Part shown: piece after piece, positions 61,724-64,000 of the stretch
Layout of the letters: every line of letters starts with the position of its first letter
Position numbering within the stretch: position 1 is the stretch's first letter
Origin: an uncultured Gemmatimonadaceae bacterium
GTDB taxonomy: Bacteria; Gemmatimonadota; Gemmatimonadetes; Gemmatimonadales; Gemmatimonadaceae
DNA: 64,000 nt
Assembly (NCBI GenBank): GCA_963761305.1
Contig: CAVXGK010000001.1
Location: forward strand, 608,001-672,000
Direction of reading: 5' to 3'
Position numbers and translations under genes: made by a program
Notes under the pieces: generated by a model
The model's input: only the letters and a program-made list of their open reading frames with translations
Database searches by the model: none
What the model was told of the DNA's origin: nothing

Positions 61724-62662
61724 TCAGGGCTCGAACGCCTTGTCGGTGGACATCGCCAGCCACGCCCGTGCCGTTCGCTCGGTCGGCAGCCACGATGTCG
61801 GGTACGCCGGCAGCGCGCCCGCGTTCGCCGCACGAACGGAATTCGTATGCGCGTCGCCGACGAACCCCGACGCCTCGGCGAGCGGGCGAAGTCCCTCCTC
61901 TCCCATTCGCAGCGGAATCACGTCGTCGAAGAACATGATCGACAGGTCGCGAGAGCGCCCCACGATGTGCGCGGCGTTCGGCTCGGGCGCGAGCGCCCAG
62001 AGCGCGCCGCCGCGACGATTCAAATCGAACAAGCCCGTGATCGTGTTCACGCGCGATTCGAGATCCTTGCCGCCGATGAACAGCAGCGCGGGAATCGCTC
62101 GCGTCGCGCGAGGCGTGAGCGCGGTGTAGTAGATGCCGCCCTTGTTGACGACGAACGCGAGCACGCGCTCCGGCTTCCACGCCGCGAACTCGTAGTTGAA
62201 CTGTCCGCCGGCCGACATGCCCCAGAACAACAACGGCTCGCTCGTGAGCTCGGGGTGTTTCGAGCGTTCGGCGAGGTGCCCGAGCGCGTCGAGCAGCGCC
62301 TGGCCGCTACCGCGCGAGACGTTCACGTAGTCTTCGAGGAAATTCTGGTCGTGCGGCTTGTCGGTGAACCGGCAGGCGAGCAAGGCCAATCGCTGTTTCG
62401 TCGCGAAGGCCTGCCACACGGAATCCTCGGCCATGGCGCGGCCGTCGCCGTTCGAGCCCGGCACCAGCACCATCGTGCCTCGAAGCGTGGCCACCCCTGG
62501 CGGCGCCCAAAAACGGAATTGAGCCTTGTCGAAGTTCGCTCCGGGAGGGATCGTGTCCTCGAGCGTGGAAGTGCTCGGCGCTTGGGCCTCGATGGCGCGA
62601 TTCGCGGCGGAGAAAACGAGGAAGCCGGCGGCAAGCGCGCCAAATCTGCGGAGTCGAGTCAT
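61724..62662 (-). CDS. Secreted alpha/beta hydrolase-fold protein
   Basis: Signal peptide; GMSAGG nucleophile elbow, GGKD, AAH. Confidence 0.75.
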   Translation of the reverse strand: MTRLRRFGALAAGFLVFSAANRAIEAQAPSTSTLEDTIPPGANFDKAQFRFWAPPGVATLRGTMVLVPGSNGDGRAMAEDSVWQAFATKQRLALLACRFTDKPHDQNFLEDYVNVSRGSGQALLDALGHLAERSKHPELTSEPLLFWGMSAGGQFNYEFAAWKPERVLAFVVNKGGIYYTALTPRATRAIPALLFIGGKDLESRVNTITGLFDLNRRGGALWALAPEPNAAHIVGRSRDLSIMFFDDVIPLRMGEEGLRPLAEASGFVGDAHTNSVRAANAGALPAYPTSWLPTERTARAWLAMSTDKAFEP

Positions 62663-62744
62663 CGGGATTGTCAGCGGAAGAGGGCGATCGGTAATTGTCA
62701 GTGGCGCGCGCGGCGCGCGCCAGAGGCACAGAGGAGAATAGAGC

Positions 62745-63656
62745 ATGCGTGTCGTGGTCGTCACATCGGCGTTGGTCGCGGCGCTGACTGGCGCGAGAGG
62801 GTGGCACACATCCGCGCCGCCGCGGACGCGCGTCGTCATGCTCGGCACGGGAACGCCCAATGCCGACCCGGAGCGATCGGGCCCAGCCGTGGCGATCGTC
62901 GTCGGGGACGACGCATATCTCGTGGACGCGGGCCCCGGCGTGGTGCGGCGGGCCGCGCAGGCCGCGCGCGATGACACGATCCCGGCGCTGGCGCCGCGAC
63001 GGCTGCGACGCGTGTTCATTACGCACCTGCACTCCGACCACACGACCGGGCTTCCCGATCTCATTCTCACGCCGTGGGTACTCGAACGCAGCGACCCACT
63101 CGAGGTCTATGGTCCGCGCGGCACGAAGCGAATGGTCGATCTGCTCGAGCAGGCCTATTCGGAAGACATCCAGATCAGGCTCACCGGCGGTGAACCGGCC
63201 AACAAGACCGGATACGCAGCCCTGGCGCACGACGTCGCGCCGGGCGTCGTCTACCGCGACAGCAACGTGACCGTGACCGCGTTCGAGGTTTCACACGGCA
63301 AGTGGGAGCAGGCGTTCGGCTATCGATTCCAGACGCGAGACCGGACGATCGTCCTTTCCGGGGACACGTCGCCGAATGACGCGATCGTCCGCGAGTGCAA
63401 CGGCTGCGACGTCCTCGTGCACGAGGTGTACTCGGCCGAGCAGTTCACGCACCGGACGCCCGTCTGGCAGCGCTATCATGCGGCGTATCATACGTCGACC
63501 GAGCAGCTGGCCGACATCGCCACTCGCGCTCGCCCCAAGCTGCTGGTCCTGTATCATCAGCTCTATTGGGGCGACGACGACGCGGCGCTGATTCGCCAGG
63601 TTCGCGCCAAATATCACGGCCGCGTGGTGTCGGCTCATGACCTCGGCGTGTATTGA
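62745..63656 (+). CDS. MBL-fold metallohydrolase (RNase Z/AtsA-like), secreted
   Basis: LGTGTP, VDAGPG, THLHSDH, SGDT, LVHE, YHT, LYH. Confidence 0.9.
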   Translation: MRVVVVTSALVAALTGARGWHTSAPPRTRVVMLGTGTPNADPERSGPAVAIVVGDDAYLVDAGPGVVRRAAQAARDDTIPALAPRRLRRVFITHLHSDHTTGLPDLILTPWVLERSDPLEVYGPRGTKRMVDLLEQAYSEDIQIRLTGGEPANKTGYAALAHDVAPGVVYRDSNVTVTAFEVSHGKWEQAFGYRFQTRDRTIVLSGDTSPNDAIVRECNGCDVLVHEVYSAEQFTHRTPVWQRYHAAYHTSTEQLADIATRARPKLLVLYHQLYWGDDDAALIRQVRAKYHGRVVSAHDLGVY

Positions 63657-63743
63657 TCGCATCGGGCCCCGCGCACATCGGCGCTTGCTCCCCGGTCAGG
63701 CGCCGGCAGATTACGGTCGACGTTACACCAGGACGGAGGCGCG

Positions 63744-64000
63744 ATGATCAGTCGCCGGGAATTCGTGAAGACGACCGCCGCCGCGGGCGGCGCCTTGAGT
63801 CTGTCGGCGCCGCTCGCATCGGCGCTCGAGCTGACGACGCGAAACGCGGCCGGGCCGCGGCGCGTCGAACGCGCCGCGGCGTCGTTGAACATCCTGATCC
63901 TCGGCGGCACCGGCTTCACCGGTCCCGAGCAGGTCGAGTATGCGATCGCGCGAGGACATCGCGTGACACTCTTCAATCGCGGCAAGACGCGCCCCGGCCT
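63744..64000 (+). CDS. Tat-exported NAD-dependent epimerase/dehydratase, partial
   Basis: Not in ORF track. MISRREFVK twin-arginine leader, ILILGGTGFTG Rossmann motif, GHRVTLFNRG; GGAGG RBS. Confidence 0.88.
   Translation, partial: MISRREFVKTTAAAGGALSLSAPLASALELTTRNAAGPRRVERAAASLNILILGGTGFTGPEQVEYAIARGHRVTLFNRGKTRPG

Overview
High-GC bacterial chromosomal segment. Gene style (MTDLRDHLQAALGSAYTIERELGGGGMS-type Ser/Thr kinase, carboxypeptidase-regulatory-domain OM receptor, DUF5916 protein, PEP-CTERM gene, many secreted peptidases) suggests Gemmatimonadota; this is inference. About 47 CDS are present. I saw no rRNA, tRNA, CRISPR array, integrase or transposase. Highlights: (1) a selenocysteine formate dehydrogenase operon with in-frame UGA at 3912-3914 and an fdhF-like SECIS, followed by fused NuoEF-like and 2Fe-2S subunits; (2) a compact DUF4956 / secreted CotH-like kinase / CYTH-PPK1 fusion cluster that may be an undescribed polyphosphate make-export-use system (top candidate); (3) an OM beta-barrel receptor with a C-terminal Spy/CpxP-like domain; (4) a FecR-type anti-sigma with a fused degenerate sigma region 2, next to sigma54-type promoters for a STAS gene and a PEP-CTERM gene; (5) KdpDE-like regulators paired with a KimA-like transporter; (6) non-coding structures: a degenerate 21-nt periodic tract of about 500 bp, a 220-bp nested palindrome, an 88-nt G-U-rich hairpin and an 8-mer tandem repeat. 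All family calls come from motif recognition by eye, not database searches.
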